Below are positions 13,256 to 21,729 of a stretch of DNA of 64,000 nucleotides, piece after piece. Under the pieces are notes generated by a model. That model saw nothing but the letters and a program-made list of their open reading frames with translations. It was not told the DNA's origin and did not search any database. The first letter of the stretch is position 1; the number at the start of each line of letters is the position of its first letter. Position numbers and translations under genes: made by a program. This DNA is from Aestuariivirgaceae bacterium (GTDB taxonomy: Bacteria; Pseudomonadota; Alphaproteobacteria; Rhizobiales; Aestuariivirgaceae): contig DATAFF010000135.1 of assembly GCA_036257595.1 (NCBI GenBank), forward strand, positions 13,858 to 77,857. Direction: 5' to 3'.

Positions 13256-13276
13256 TTGTGATAAGCGAGACTGATA

Positions 13277-14161
13277 ATGATACCCAACCTCGACATCGAC
13301 CTTCTCCGTACCTTCATCGCCATCGTCGACACCGGCAGCTTTACCCGCGCCGCCGAGGAGGTCGGGCGCACCCAGTCGGCCGTGAGCATGCAGGTGCGCC
13401 GCCTGGAGGAACTGACCGGCCGCGAGCTCTTCCTGCGCAATGGCCGCCAGAATCGTCTCTCCCCCGACGGCGAGCGCATGCTCGAATATGCCCGCCGGAT
13501 CGTGCGCCTGAACAATGAGGCGATGGCCATGTTCCACCAGCCGGACGTCGCCGGCCTGGTGCGGCTCGGGACGCCGGAGGACTATGCCGACCGGTTTCTG
13601 CCGGAGATCCTTGCCGGCTTCGCCCAGAGCCATCCGCTCGTTCAGGTCGACGTCGATTGTGCCAGCAGCATTCATCTGGCCGAGCGAACCCGCCGCGGCG
13701 ATCTCGACCTGGCGCTGCTCACCGTCTCGGCCCATGTCCAGGCCGACATGATCGTGCGCACCGAACGGCTCGTCTGGGTCACGTCGATCCGTCACAACGT
13801 CCAAGACCGCGACGTGCTGCCGGTCGCTCTAGCCCATTCTGGCTGTTCCTGGCGCGCCACCGTCCTCGACATCATCGAGAAACTCGGCCGGCCTTACCGC
13901 GTCGCCTATTCGGCCGCGAATTCCGGCGCCCTGACGGCTGCCGTGATCAGCGGTCTTGCGGTAGGCGCGATCCCCGAGATCTGCCTGCGCCCGGGCATGC
14001 GCATTCTGACGCCGGAGGAAGGCTTCCCCGATCTTGGTACCTTCGATATCGGGTTGACGCGCACTCCGGTCCCGAGCAGCGGCGCGGTGGACGCGCTCGC
14101 CGCGCACATCGCCCGCAGCCTGTCGCCGGCAGTCCGGCCGGCGCTGGTCGCCGCCGAATAG
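13277..14161 (+). CDS. LysR family transcriptional regulator
   Basis: N-terminal wHTH LDIDLLRTFIAIVDTGSFTRAAEEVGRTQSAVSMQVRRLE, 294 aa. Confidence 0.9.
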   Translation: MIPNLDIDLLRTFIAIVDTGSFTRAAEEVGRTQSAVSMQVRRLEELTGRELFLRNGRQNRLSPDGERMLEYARRIVRLNNEAMAMFHQPDVAGLVRLGTPEDYADRFLPEILAGFAQSHPLVQVDVDCASSIHLAERTRRGDLDLALLTVSAHVQADMIVRTERLVWVTSIRHNVQDRDVLPVALAHSGCSWRATVLDIIEKLGRPYRVAYSAANSGALTAAVISGLAVGAIPEICLRPGMRILTPEEGFPDLGTFDIGLTRTPVPSSGAVDALAAHIARSLSPAVRPALVAAE

Positions 14162-14162
14162 G

Positions 14163-15545
14163 CTAGAACGCGAAGTCGCGAAACACCCGGGTGACATCGC
14201 CGTTCCAGTCGCTGTCATAATGGTCGAGCAAATCCTCTGCCCTTGTGCGACCGGTCTCGGCGATGTCGTCGAGCACATCGAGAAACTGCGCCTCGCTCCG
14301 GCCCTTGCAGCCGAGCCGCCGGCGCCTTTCGAGCCCCGCTCGCGACAGCGCCAGCATATCCTTGGCAACCTCCTGAACGGTGCGGCCGGCGATCTCGGCC
14401 TGCAGCGCCAGCCGCGGCACCGTCTCGCGCATCGCCTGGCGCTCGCTGGCGCTCCAGCCCTTGATCAGCTCATAGGCGCCATCGAGGCTGCGCTCGTCAT
14501 AGAGAACGCCGGTCCATAACGCCGGCAGCGCGCACAGCCGGCGCCACTGTCCCGAATCGGCGCCCCGCATCTCGAGATAGCGCTTGAGCCTGACCTCGGG
14601 AAAAATCGTCGTGAGATGGTCGCCCCAGTCCTTGAAGGTCGGCCGCTCGCCAGGAAGCTGCGGCAGCCTGCCCTCCATGAACCGGCGGAAGCTTTCGCCG
14701 GCGCAGTCGATATAGCGGCCGTTGCGCGCCACGAAATACATCGGCACATCCAGCGCATAATCGACGTAGCGCTCGAACCCGAAACCCGGCTCGAAGACGA
14801 AGGGTAGCATGCCGGTGCGATCGGGATCGGTATCGAGCCACACCGCCGAACGGAACGACTTGAAGCCGTTCGGCCTGCCCTCGGTGAAAGGCGAAGCCGC
14901 GAACAGCGCGGTGGCCACCGGCTGCAGCGCCAACGAGACCCTGAGCTTCTTCACCATGTCGGCTTCCGGGCCGAAATCGAGATTGACCTGCACCGTGCAG
15001 GAACGAAACATCATGTCGCGGCCGAGCCGGCCCTTGCGATCCATATAGGGCGCCATGATCGCATAGCGGCCCTTCGGCATGACCGGCGTTTCCGCGCGCG
15101 TCCACAGCGGCGAGAAGCCAAGCCCCAGAAAGCCGATCCCCAGCTCGTCGCCAACCTCGCGCACCTGCGCCAGATGCTGGTGCACCTCCTCGCAAGTCTC
15201 GTGCACCGTCTCGAGCGGCGCACCGGAAAGCTCGAACTGACCGCCTGGTTCGAGCGAGATCGACCCGCCGCCGCCAGGCTCCGAGAGCCCGATGATGGTT
15301 TTCCCCTCCATGATCGGCGGCCATTCGAAGCGGGCATTCAATCCCTCGAGCAGCGCCCTGATCGAGCGCTTTCCCTCATAGGGCACCGGCCGCAGCGAAT
15401 CGGTGAGGAATGGAAACTTCTCGTGCTCGGTGCCGATGCGCCAGGCATCGCGCGGCTTGGCGCCCTCTTCCAGATAGGAGACGAGCTCGGCCTTGTTGCC
15501 GATGACCGTCCGGGCCTCGTCAGTGTCCGGCGAGGGTCCGCTCAT
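14163..15545 (-). CDS. gshA: Glutamate--cysteine ligase (GCS2 / plant-type)
   Basis: 460 aa with RIGTEHEKFPF...GGSISLEPGGQFELSGAP, typical of alphaproteobacterial/plant GshA. Confidence 0.9.
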   Translation of the reverse strand: MSGPSPDTDEARTVIGNKAELVSYLEEGAKPRDAWRIGTEHEKFPFLTDSLRPVPYEGKRSIRALLEGLNARFEWPPIMEGKTIIGLSEPGGGGSISLEPGGQFELSGAPLETVHETCEEVHQHLAQVREVGDELGIGFLGLGFSPLWTRAETPVMPKGRYAIMAPYMDRKGRLGRDMMFRSCTVQVNLDFGPEADMVKKLRVSLALQPVATALFAASPFTEGRPNGFKSFRSAVWLDTDPDRTGMLPFVFEPGFGFERYVDYALDVPMYFVARNGRYIDCAGESFRRFMEGRLPQLPGERPTFKDWGDHLTTIFPEVRLKRYLEMRGADSGQWRRLCALPALWTGVLYDERSLDGAYELIKGWSASERQAMRETVPRLALQAEIAGRTVQEVAKDMLALSRAGLERRRRLGCKGRSEAQFLDVLDDIAETGRTRAEDLLDHYDSDWNGDVTRVFRDFAF

Positions 15546-15623
15546 GTCCCGATGCTTTCCGCGATGATCTCACCCACCATGCTGTAGCTTCATCGCAACA
15601 GCCCCGGCAAGGCAAAGTTTTGC

Positions 15624-16370
15624 TCATCTGTCCTGCCAATCGCCAAGCATTGCCTGAACCAGCGCCAGCGCCGCCACTGCGGCCGTGTCGGCGCGCATGA
15701 TGCGCGGGCCAAGCCCCACCGCATGGGCATTGCCATGGCGGCGCAACGCTTCGCGCTCGCCATCCGAGAACCCACCCTCGGGCCCGATCAGCACCGCCAA
15801 CGGTCCGCGTGTCAACCTTGCCAGCACGGCCAGCGGATCCTCGCCCGGCCGGCTCTCGTCGCACCAGATCAGCGTGCGCTCGCCCTCCCAATCGGCCAGG
15901 ACCTGATCGAGGCGGACCGGCGGCAGCACCTCCGGCACCGCCACCATGTCGCACTGCTCGGCTGCCTCGATGGCATTCGCCTTCAGGCGCTCGATATTGA
16001 CCCGCTCGGCCTGGGTGCGCTCGGTGAACACCGGCCTGAGCCGACGGCAGCCCATCTCGGTGGCCTTCTGCGCCAGATAATCCAACCGCGCATGTTTCAG
16101 GGGCGCGAAAAGATAATCGATGTCGGGCAGCATCTGCGGTAAGGCGAGCTGCTCTTCCGGCCGCAGCACGAATTCCCGACGCCCTTCCGCTGCCAGGCGG
16201 CACAGCCATTCGCCGCTCGTCCCATTGAAGGCGCGCACTGCATCGCCCTCCCGGAGCCTGAGGACGTGCGTCAGATAATGCGCCTTGTCGCGCCTCAACG
16301 GCACCACCTGACCGGGGGCCAGGGCGGGATCGACAAACAGCCGGGGTGTCCGTTTGGTCAGCGACGCCAT
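15624..16370 (-). CDS. rsmE: 16S rRNA (uracil1498-N3)-methyltransferase RsmE
   Basis: This is only the C-terminal 248 aa of the 550-aa track ORF. Start at ATG 16370 (MASLTKRTPRLFVDPAL...). It contains LIGPEGGFSDGE. Confidence 0.85.
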   Translation of the reverse strand: MASLTKRTPRLFVDPALAPGQVVPLRRDKAHYLTHVLRLREGDAVRAFNGTSGEWLCRLAAEGRREFVLRPEEQLALPQMLPDIDYLFAPLKHARLDYLAQKATEMGCRRLRPVFTERTQAERVNIERLKANAIEAAEQCDMVAVPEVLPPVRLDQVLADWEGERTLIWCDESRPGEDPLAVLARLTRGPLAVLIGPEGGFSDGEREALRRHGNAHAVGLGPRIMRADTAAVAALALVQAMLGDWQDR

Positions 16371-16451
16371 GCGGGCGGCAGTAGGCCGCAGGCCGGGGCC
16401 GCTGTGCAATAGGCTTGGTAAGGACCAGCATTTCGCGCTATTCGCGGGTCC

Positions 16452-17405
16452 ATGACAAATCAGGTGACGGGTGGCGGACAGGTCGCCGACTCGGTCAGGG
16501 GCCATTGGGCCGAGCGCTGGCTGCCGCCGGCGGCGCGGCCCTATGCCCGGCTGGCGCGCCTCGAGCGACCGATCGGCTGGTGGCTTCTGCTGCTGCCCGG
16601 CTGGTGGTCGATCGCGCTTGCTACCCTTCACCGCGGCGGAGGCATGCCCGACCCTTGGCTGCTCGCGCTGTTTCTCCTTGGCGCGGTCCTCATGCGCGGC
16701 GCCGGCTGCACCTTCAACGATCTGGTCGACCGGGACGTCGATGCCAGGGTCGCCCGCACCCGCGGCCGACCCCTGCCCTCGGGCCAGGTCAGTCCCCTGA
16801 ACGCCGTCCTTTTCATGCTCGCCCTTGTCGGGGCCGCCCTTCTCATCCTTCTTCAATTCAACTTCTATGCGATCGTGCTCGGCCTCGCCTCGGCGGCCCC
16901 GATCGCGATCTATCCCTTCATGAAGCGCATAACCTATTGGCCGCAGCTCTTCCTCGGGATCGCCTTCAACTGGGGAGCGCTGCTCGGCTGGGCCGCGGTG
17001 ACCGGCTCGCTTGCCTGGCCGCCCATCCTGCTCTATGCCGGCGGGATCGCCTGGACCCTCGCCTATGACACGATCTATGCCCATCAGGACAAGGAGGACG
17101 ACCTCCTGATCGGCATCAAATCGACCGCGCTCAAATTTGGCGCCGCGACGCCGCGCTGGCTCGCGTTGTTCTTCGCTGTCGCCTTGCTTCTGATCTGGCT
17201 TGCCGGCTGGCTGGCCGGGGCGGGTGTGCTGTTCACCATCGGGATTGTCGCGGCGGCATTCCATGCCATATGGCAACTCAGGCAGCTCGATATCGCCGAT
17301 CCGGGTCGCTGCCTGATGCTGTTCCGTTCCAACCGCGATTTCGGCCTGATCATTTTTGCCGGTGCCGTGCTGGACAGTCTGACGAGAGGTGGTGGGATTC
17401 TATGA
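16452..17405 (+). CDS. ubiA: 4-hydroxybenzoate polyprenyltransferase
   Basis: Polytopic protein with FNDLVDRDVDARVARTRGRPLPSG and a second Asp-rich motif YAHQDKEDD. Confidence 0.9.
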   Translation: MTNQVTGGGQVADSVRGHWAERWLPPAARPYARLARLERPIGWWLLLLPGWWSIALATLHRGGGMPDPWLLALFLLGAVLMRGAGCTFNDLVDRDVDARVARTRGRPLPSGQVSPLNAVLFMLALVGAALLILLQFNFYAIVLGLASAAPIAIYPFMKRITYWPQLFLGIAFNWGALLGWAAVTGSLAWPPILLYAGGIAWTLAYDTIYAHQDKEDDLLIGIKSTALKFGAATPRWLALFFAVALLLIWLAGWLAGAGVLFTIGIVAAAFHAIWQLRQLDIADPGRCLMLFRSNRDFGLIIFAGAVLDSLTRGGGIL

Positions 17406-18739
17406 TCGACAGAATGGCGGATGCCGCCGGCAAGCTGCTGGCGCTGGCGAAGGAAGCAGGAGCGGATGCAGCCGACGTGCTGGCGGTTGCCGGTGAGGCG
17501 ATCGATGTCGAGCTGCGCGACGGCGTGACCGAGAAGCTCGAACGCTCCGAAGATCGCGACTTCGGCCTGAGAGTTCTGGTTGGCCAGAGCCAGGCGGTGG
17601 TGTCGACCAGCCGCGATGATGCAGCAAGCCTTCGCACTGCTGCCGAGCGCGCCGTGGCGATGGCCAAGGCCGCACCCCCAGACGATTTCGCCGGCCTGGC
17701 CGCGAGCGACAGCATCGCGCTGACCTGGCCGGAGCTGATGCTCGCCGACGACGCCGCGCCGGATGCCGCCGCGCTTGTCGAGCAGGCGCGCGCGGCCGAA
17801 GCGGCTGGTCGCGAGGTGCCGGGCGTCACCCGATCGAACGGCGCCTCCGCCAGCGCCAGCCGCCGCCGCATCCTGCTCATCGCCTCCAACGGCTTTGCCG
17901 GAAGCTACCAACGCACCGCTTATGGCATCTCGGCCTCGCTGATCGCCGGCACCGGCACCGCCATGGAGCGCGACCATGACTGGCATTCGGCGCTTCATTG
18001 GAAGAGCCTGAGGCAGCCGGGCGATATCGGTCGTGTCGCTGGCGAGCGGGCGGTGCGACGGCTCGGTCCGCGCAAGGTGCCCTCCGGCAAGGTACCGGTG
18101 ATGTTCGAGAACCGCATTGCCGGCGGCCTCGCCGGCCACCTGGTCGGCGCCATTCTCGGCAGCGGCATTGCCCGGGGCACCAGCTTTCTCAAGGACAGCA
18201 TGGGCCAGATGCTGTTCCGCCCGGAGATCTCGATCATCGACGATGCCACCATTCGCCGCGGCCTTGCGTCCAAGCCGTTCGACGCCGAAGGCCGGGCAAC
18301 CCGGCCCACCCCGATCATTGCCGAAGGCCGCCTCGTCAGCTGGCTGCTCGACGAGCATTCCGCCCGCCAGCTCGGCCAGACCAGCACCGGCCATGCGAGC
18401 CGCGGCACCTCCGGACCGCCCTCGCCGCAGCCGACCAATGTCACCCTCTCGGCCGGCAGCCGCAGCCGTGAAGCGCTGCTCCGCGACATGGGTCGTGGGC
18501 TTCTGGTGACCGAGCTCATCGGCATGGGCGTCAACGGCGTCACCGGCGACTACAGCCGCGGCGCCGCCGGCTTCTGGATCGAGGACGGCGCCATCGCCTA
18601 TCCGGTGAGCGAGATCACCATTGCCTCGAACCTCAAGACGATGTTTCGCGAGCTCGAGCCGGCCGACGACCTGGAACTTCGCGGCGCCATCAATGCCCCA
18701 TCCCTGCTCGTGCCGGAGATGACCCTTGCCGGAACCTGA
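17402..18739 (+). CDS. pmbA: TldD/PmbA family metalloprotease PmbA (TldE)
   Basis: Trimmed to ATG 17402, which overlaps the ubiA stop as ATGA. Begins MIDRMADAAGKLLALAKEAGADAADV... Confidence 0.85.
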   Translation: MIDRMADAAGKLLALAKEAGADAADVLAVAGEAIDVELRDGVTEKLERSEDRDFGLRVLVGQSQAVVSTSRDDAASLRTAAERAVAMAKAAPPDDFAGLAASDSIALTWPELMLADDAAPDAAALVEQARAAEAAGREVPGVTRSNGASASASRRRILLIASNGFAGSYQRTAYGISASLIAGTGTAMERDHDWHSALHWKSLRQPGDIGRVAGERAVRRLGPRKVPSGKVPVMFENRIAGGLAGHLVGAILGSGIARGTSFLKDSMGQMLFRPEISIIDDATIRRGLASKPFDAEGRATRPTPIIAEGRLVSWLLDEHSARQLGQTSTGHASRGTSGPPSPQPTNVTLSAGSRSREALLRDMGRGLLVTELIGMGVNGVTGDYSRGAAGFWIEDGAIAYPVSEITIASNLKTMFRELEPADDLELRGAINAPSLLVPEMTLAGT

Positions 18740-19538
18740 GGCGCTGGCCAAGGGGAGGCTCGCCGACGACCTCGCCATCATCGAGGAGGCTGTGAAGGCC
18801 GCAGGCGACGTCGCGCTCGCGCAATTTCGCGACGGCATCAAGGGTTGGCGCAAGTCCGATGGCACGCCGGTCAGCGATGCCGATCTCGCCGTCAACCGCC
18901 TGCTCGCCGATCGGCTTCTCGCCGCTCGTCCGACTTATGGCTGGCTGTCGGAGGAGACGTCGGACGATCTCGGTGTCCGCCGCGGCGCGCTCACTTATCT
19001 CGTCGATCCGATTGACGGCACCCGGGCCTTTCTGAGCGGCGGCAACGACTGGTGCGTCGGCGTGGCCCTCCTGGCCCAAAATCGTCCGATCGCTGCCGCC
19101 ATCCTGCAGCCCGTAACCGGCGCGCTCTACAGCGCTGCTGCCGGGCTTGGCGCCACTTTGAACGGACGCAGGATCCATGTCAGCGACCGCCGGGAGCTTG
19201 CGGGCGCCTACCTCATCGCCCATCACGGTCTTCGTAAGCCCGAGCGCTGGACGGTGCCCTGGCCCGAGGTCAGATATGGCATGACCTTCGCGATGCTGCT
19301 AAGGCTCTGCCGCATCGCCGACGGCAGCTTCGACGGCATGGTGGCGCTTGGCCGCAAGAGCGATTGGGACGTGGCGGCGGGCGATCTGATGGTGAGCGAG
19401 GCAGGCGGTTCGGTCACCGATTTGTCAGGAGCGCCGCTCATCTATGGGGGACCGGGAATGTCTCAGAACGGCGTGATTGCCGCCGGGCCGGCGCTGATGG
19501 AACAGATGATCCCCCTGGCGCGCGGCCATCGCGCGTGA
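18726..19538 (+). CDS. Inositol monophosphatase family protein (CysQ-like)
   Basis: WLSEE...YLVDPIDGTRAF...WDVAAG motifs. TTG start. Confidence 0.8.
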   Translation: MPEPEALAKGRLADDLAIIEEAVKAAGDVALAQFRDGIKGWRKSDGTPVSDADLAVNRLLADRLLAARPTYGWLSEETSDDLGVRRGALTYLVDPIDGTRAFLSGGNDWCVGVALLAQNRPIAAAILQPVTGALYSAAAGLGATLNGRRIHVSDRRELAGAYLIAHHGLRKPERWTVPWPEVRYGMTFAMLLRLCRIADGSFDGMVALGRKSDWDVAAGDLMVSEAGGSVTDLSGAPLIYGGPGMSQNGVIAAGPALMEQMIPLARGHRA

Positions 19539-19559
19539 CAAGGAGCCGGAAGCGAGGCC

Positions 19560-19790
19560 ATGAAACCGCAATTGCTGCATCTGGTGTTCGGGGGTGAGCT
19601 CAAATCGCTGGACGGCGTCGAGTTCAAGGACGTCGGCAAGCTCGACATCGTCGGAATCTACCCGAATTTCGCCGAGGCCAAGGTGGCTTGGGAGCGCAGG
19701 GCGCGCGAAACGCTCGACAATGCCGAGATGCGCTACTTCATCGTGCATCTCCACCGTCTGCTCGACCCATCGTCCGGCCCGGCCGGCTGA
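19560..19790 (+). CDS. DUF4170 domain-containing protein
   Basis: 76 aa with LLHLVFGGELKSLDGVEFKDVGKLDIVGIYPNF...MRYFIVHLHRLLDP. Family call from memory. Confidence 0.7.
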   Translation: MKPQLLHLVFGGELKSLDGVEFKDVGKLDIVGIYPNFAEAKVAWERRARETLDNAEMRYFIVHLHRLLDPSSGPAG

Positions 19791-19879
19791 TTTCTGGCCA
19801 GCGAAAACCGCCTTTCTGGCCTTTGGGTCAGACCCCCTCCTCTGATAGTGTCCGCCAAATCGCGTCAAAGGTCCAAACC

Positions 19880-21247
19880 ATGAACAAGCCCGAAAAAATC
19901 TCCACCGTCGGTTGGGATCCTTCGCCCAACAATCTCGAAGCTTTCTGGATGGGCTTTACCCCCAATCGCGCCTTCAAGAAGCGGCCGCGGCTCATCGCCC
20001 GTGCCCAGGACATGCATTTCTACGACATTGCCGGCCGCCCGGTGCTCGACGCCACCGCCGGTCTGTGGTGCTGCAATGCCGGTCATTGCCGCCCGCGCAT
20101 CGTCGAGGCCATTCAGAAGCAGGCCGCCGAGCTCGACTTTGCCCCGACCTTCCAGTTCGGCCACCCCAAGGCCTTCGAGCTCGCCTCGCGTCTAGCCGCC
20201 CTGGCGCCGGGCGATCTCAACTATGCCTTCTTCGCCAATTCCGGCTCGGAGGCTGCCGACACGGCGCTCAAGATCGCCATCGCCTACCATCGCCAGCGTG
20301 GCGAGGCATCGCGCATCCGCATCATCGGTCGCGAACGCGCCTATCATGGCGTCGGCTTTGGCGGCATCAGTGCCGGCGGCATGGTGGCCAACCGCAAATG
20401 GTTCGGCCCCCTGCTCCCCGGTTCCGATCACCTGCCTCATACCTACAACCGCGAGCACCAGGCCTTCACCAAGGGCGAACCGGAATGGGGCGCGCATCTT
20501 GCCAATGAGCTCGAGCGTCTGGTTGCCCTCCATGACGCCTCGACCATCGCCGCCGTCATCGTCGAGCCGATGTCCGGCTCGACCGGTGTGCTGCCGCCGC
20601 CCAGGGGCTATCTCAAGCGGCTGCGCGAGCTTTGCGACAAGCACGGCATTCTGCTGGTTTTCGATGAGGTCATCACCGGCTTCGGGCGGCTCGGCAAGGC
20701 CTTCGCGGCAGAGCGCTTCGGGGTCGTGCCCGACATGATCACCTTCGCCAAGGGCGTGACCTCGGGAACCGTGCCGATGGGCGGCGTCATGGTTCGCCAG
20801 CACATCTACGACGCCTTCATGCACGGGCCGGAGCATGTGATCGAGCTGTTCCACGGCTATACCTATACCGGCCATCCCATGGCGGCCGCCGCCGCCCTCG
20901 CCACCCTCGACACCTATCGCGACGAGGGCCTGTTCGAGCGAGCGGGCGAGCTCGAGGCTGAGTGGGCTGACGCCGCCATGTCGCTCAAGAGTCATCCCCT
21001 GATCGAGGATATCCGGACGCTCGGATTGGTTGCCGCTTTCGACCTGCGCCCGATCGACGGCTCGCCGGGCTTACGCGCTTATCAGGCAATGGAATCGGGC
21101 TTCCACGACCACGGCATCATGCTGCGCATCAGCGGCGAGACCATTGCGCTCTCGCCGCCGCTGATCATCAGCCGCGACCAGATCGACGAGATCTTCTCGA
21201 AGCGCCTGCCGGCCGTGCTCGACGCGGTCCGCGACGCGGTCCGCTGA
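19880..21247 (+). CDS. Class-III (omega) aminotransferase, beta-alanine/omega-amino acid--pyruvate type
   Basis: Trimmed to ATG 19880. Contains LWCCNAGH...FANSGSEA...VFDEVITGFGRLG...FAKGVTSG (PLP lysine). Confidence 0.9.
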   Translation: MNKPEKISTVGWDPSPNNLEAFWMGFTPNRAFKKRPRLIARAQDMHFYDIAGRPVLDATAGLWCCNAGHCRPRIVEAIQKQAAELDFAPTFQFGHPKAFELASRLAALAPGDLNYAFFANSGSEAADTALKIAIAYHRQRGEASRIRIIGRERAYHGVGFGGISAGGMVANRKWFGPLLPGSDHLPHTYNREHQAFTKGEPEWGAHLANELERLVALHDASTIAAVIVEPMSGSTGVLPPPRGYLKRLRELCDKHGILLVFDEVITGFGRLGKAFAAERFGVVPDMITFAKGVTSGTVPMGGVMVRQHIYDAFMHGPEHVIELFHGYTYTGHPMAAAAALATLDTYRDEGLFERAGELEAEWADAAMSLKSHPLIEDIRTLGLVAAFDLRPIDGSPGLRAYQAMESGFHDHGIMLRISGETIALSPPLIISRDQIDEIFSKRLPAVLDAVRDAVR

Positions 21248-21276
21248 GGAGCGTTGGTCCTCAGTTGGTGAGGACC
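21244..21276. terminator. Overlapping alternative hairpins between convergent genes
   Basis: CTGAGGA-gcgttgg-TCCTCAG-ttgg-TGAGGAC. The middle arm can pair with either flank. The TGA of the aminotransferase and the TGA of the minus-strand small gene both lie in the stems. Confidence 0.4.
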
Positions 21277-21527
21277 GGCATTTCCACCCGCTCGGAGCCG
21301 CAGCCATGGTCCTTGCGGCTCTGCGGCATAGGCCGGGTCGTGCCCTGCATGGTCGGCGCATCCTCGCCCGGAGCGATTTGGGCCGACGGGTCGGAGGAAT
21401 AGGAATCGCTGCCGTTGCGCTCGATGAAGGACGATGCCGGATTGTCGGTGCTGGCCATTGGCACTTGTTGCGCCAGAGCCGGCGTCGCGACCGCGACGAG
21501 GACCATGGCGAGCAGGACTTTGTGCAT
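21261..21527 (-). CDS. Small secreted hypothetical protein
   Basis: 88 aa with a clear Sec signal MHKVLLAMVLVAVATPALAQQ. No family recognised. Confidence 0.5.
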   Translation of the reverse strand: MHKVLLAMVLVAVATPALAQQVPMASTDNPASSFIERNGSDSYSSDPSAQIAPGEDAPTMQGTTRPMPQSRKDHGCGSERVEMPVLTN

Positions 21528-21729
21528 TGGGGGCCTCCCGTTCGACGATTCGTAAGGCTAACACGGCCTTGCCGGGCCATCCAGCCGGGTTTTCGCTGCT
21601 TGGGCGGATCTCCTGTGGCAGATCCGTTGTCAGCGGCGGCCGGCTGTTGTTACTCTCCGCTGTTGCAACTCGCTCCCTTCGGCGGGGCGCCTCGGGGTGG
21701 CGGCTGCAACGGGCCAGCGCTAGGAAGCC

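Noticed and set aside
16376-16386. Solo GGCAGTAGGC match to the heptamer repeat core in the rsmE/ubiA spacer
   Set aside because: It is only about 10 nt with no palindromic partner, so it is compatible with chance in GC-rich DNA.
16371-17276. N-terminal part of the 550-aa minus-strand ORF upstream of rsmE
   Set aside because: It is antisense to ubiA. RsmE starts at the internal ATG 16370.
21459-21471. Sigma-54-like TGGCAC...TTGC motif
   Set aside because: The spacing is TGGCAC-N3-TTGC instead of N5, and it lies inside a coding region on the opposite strand.
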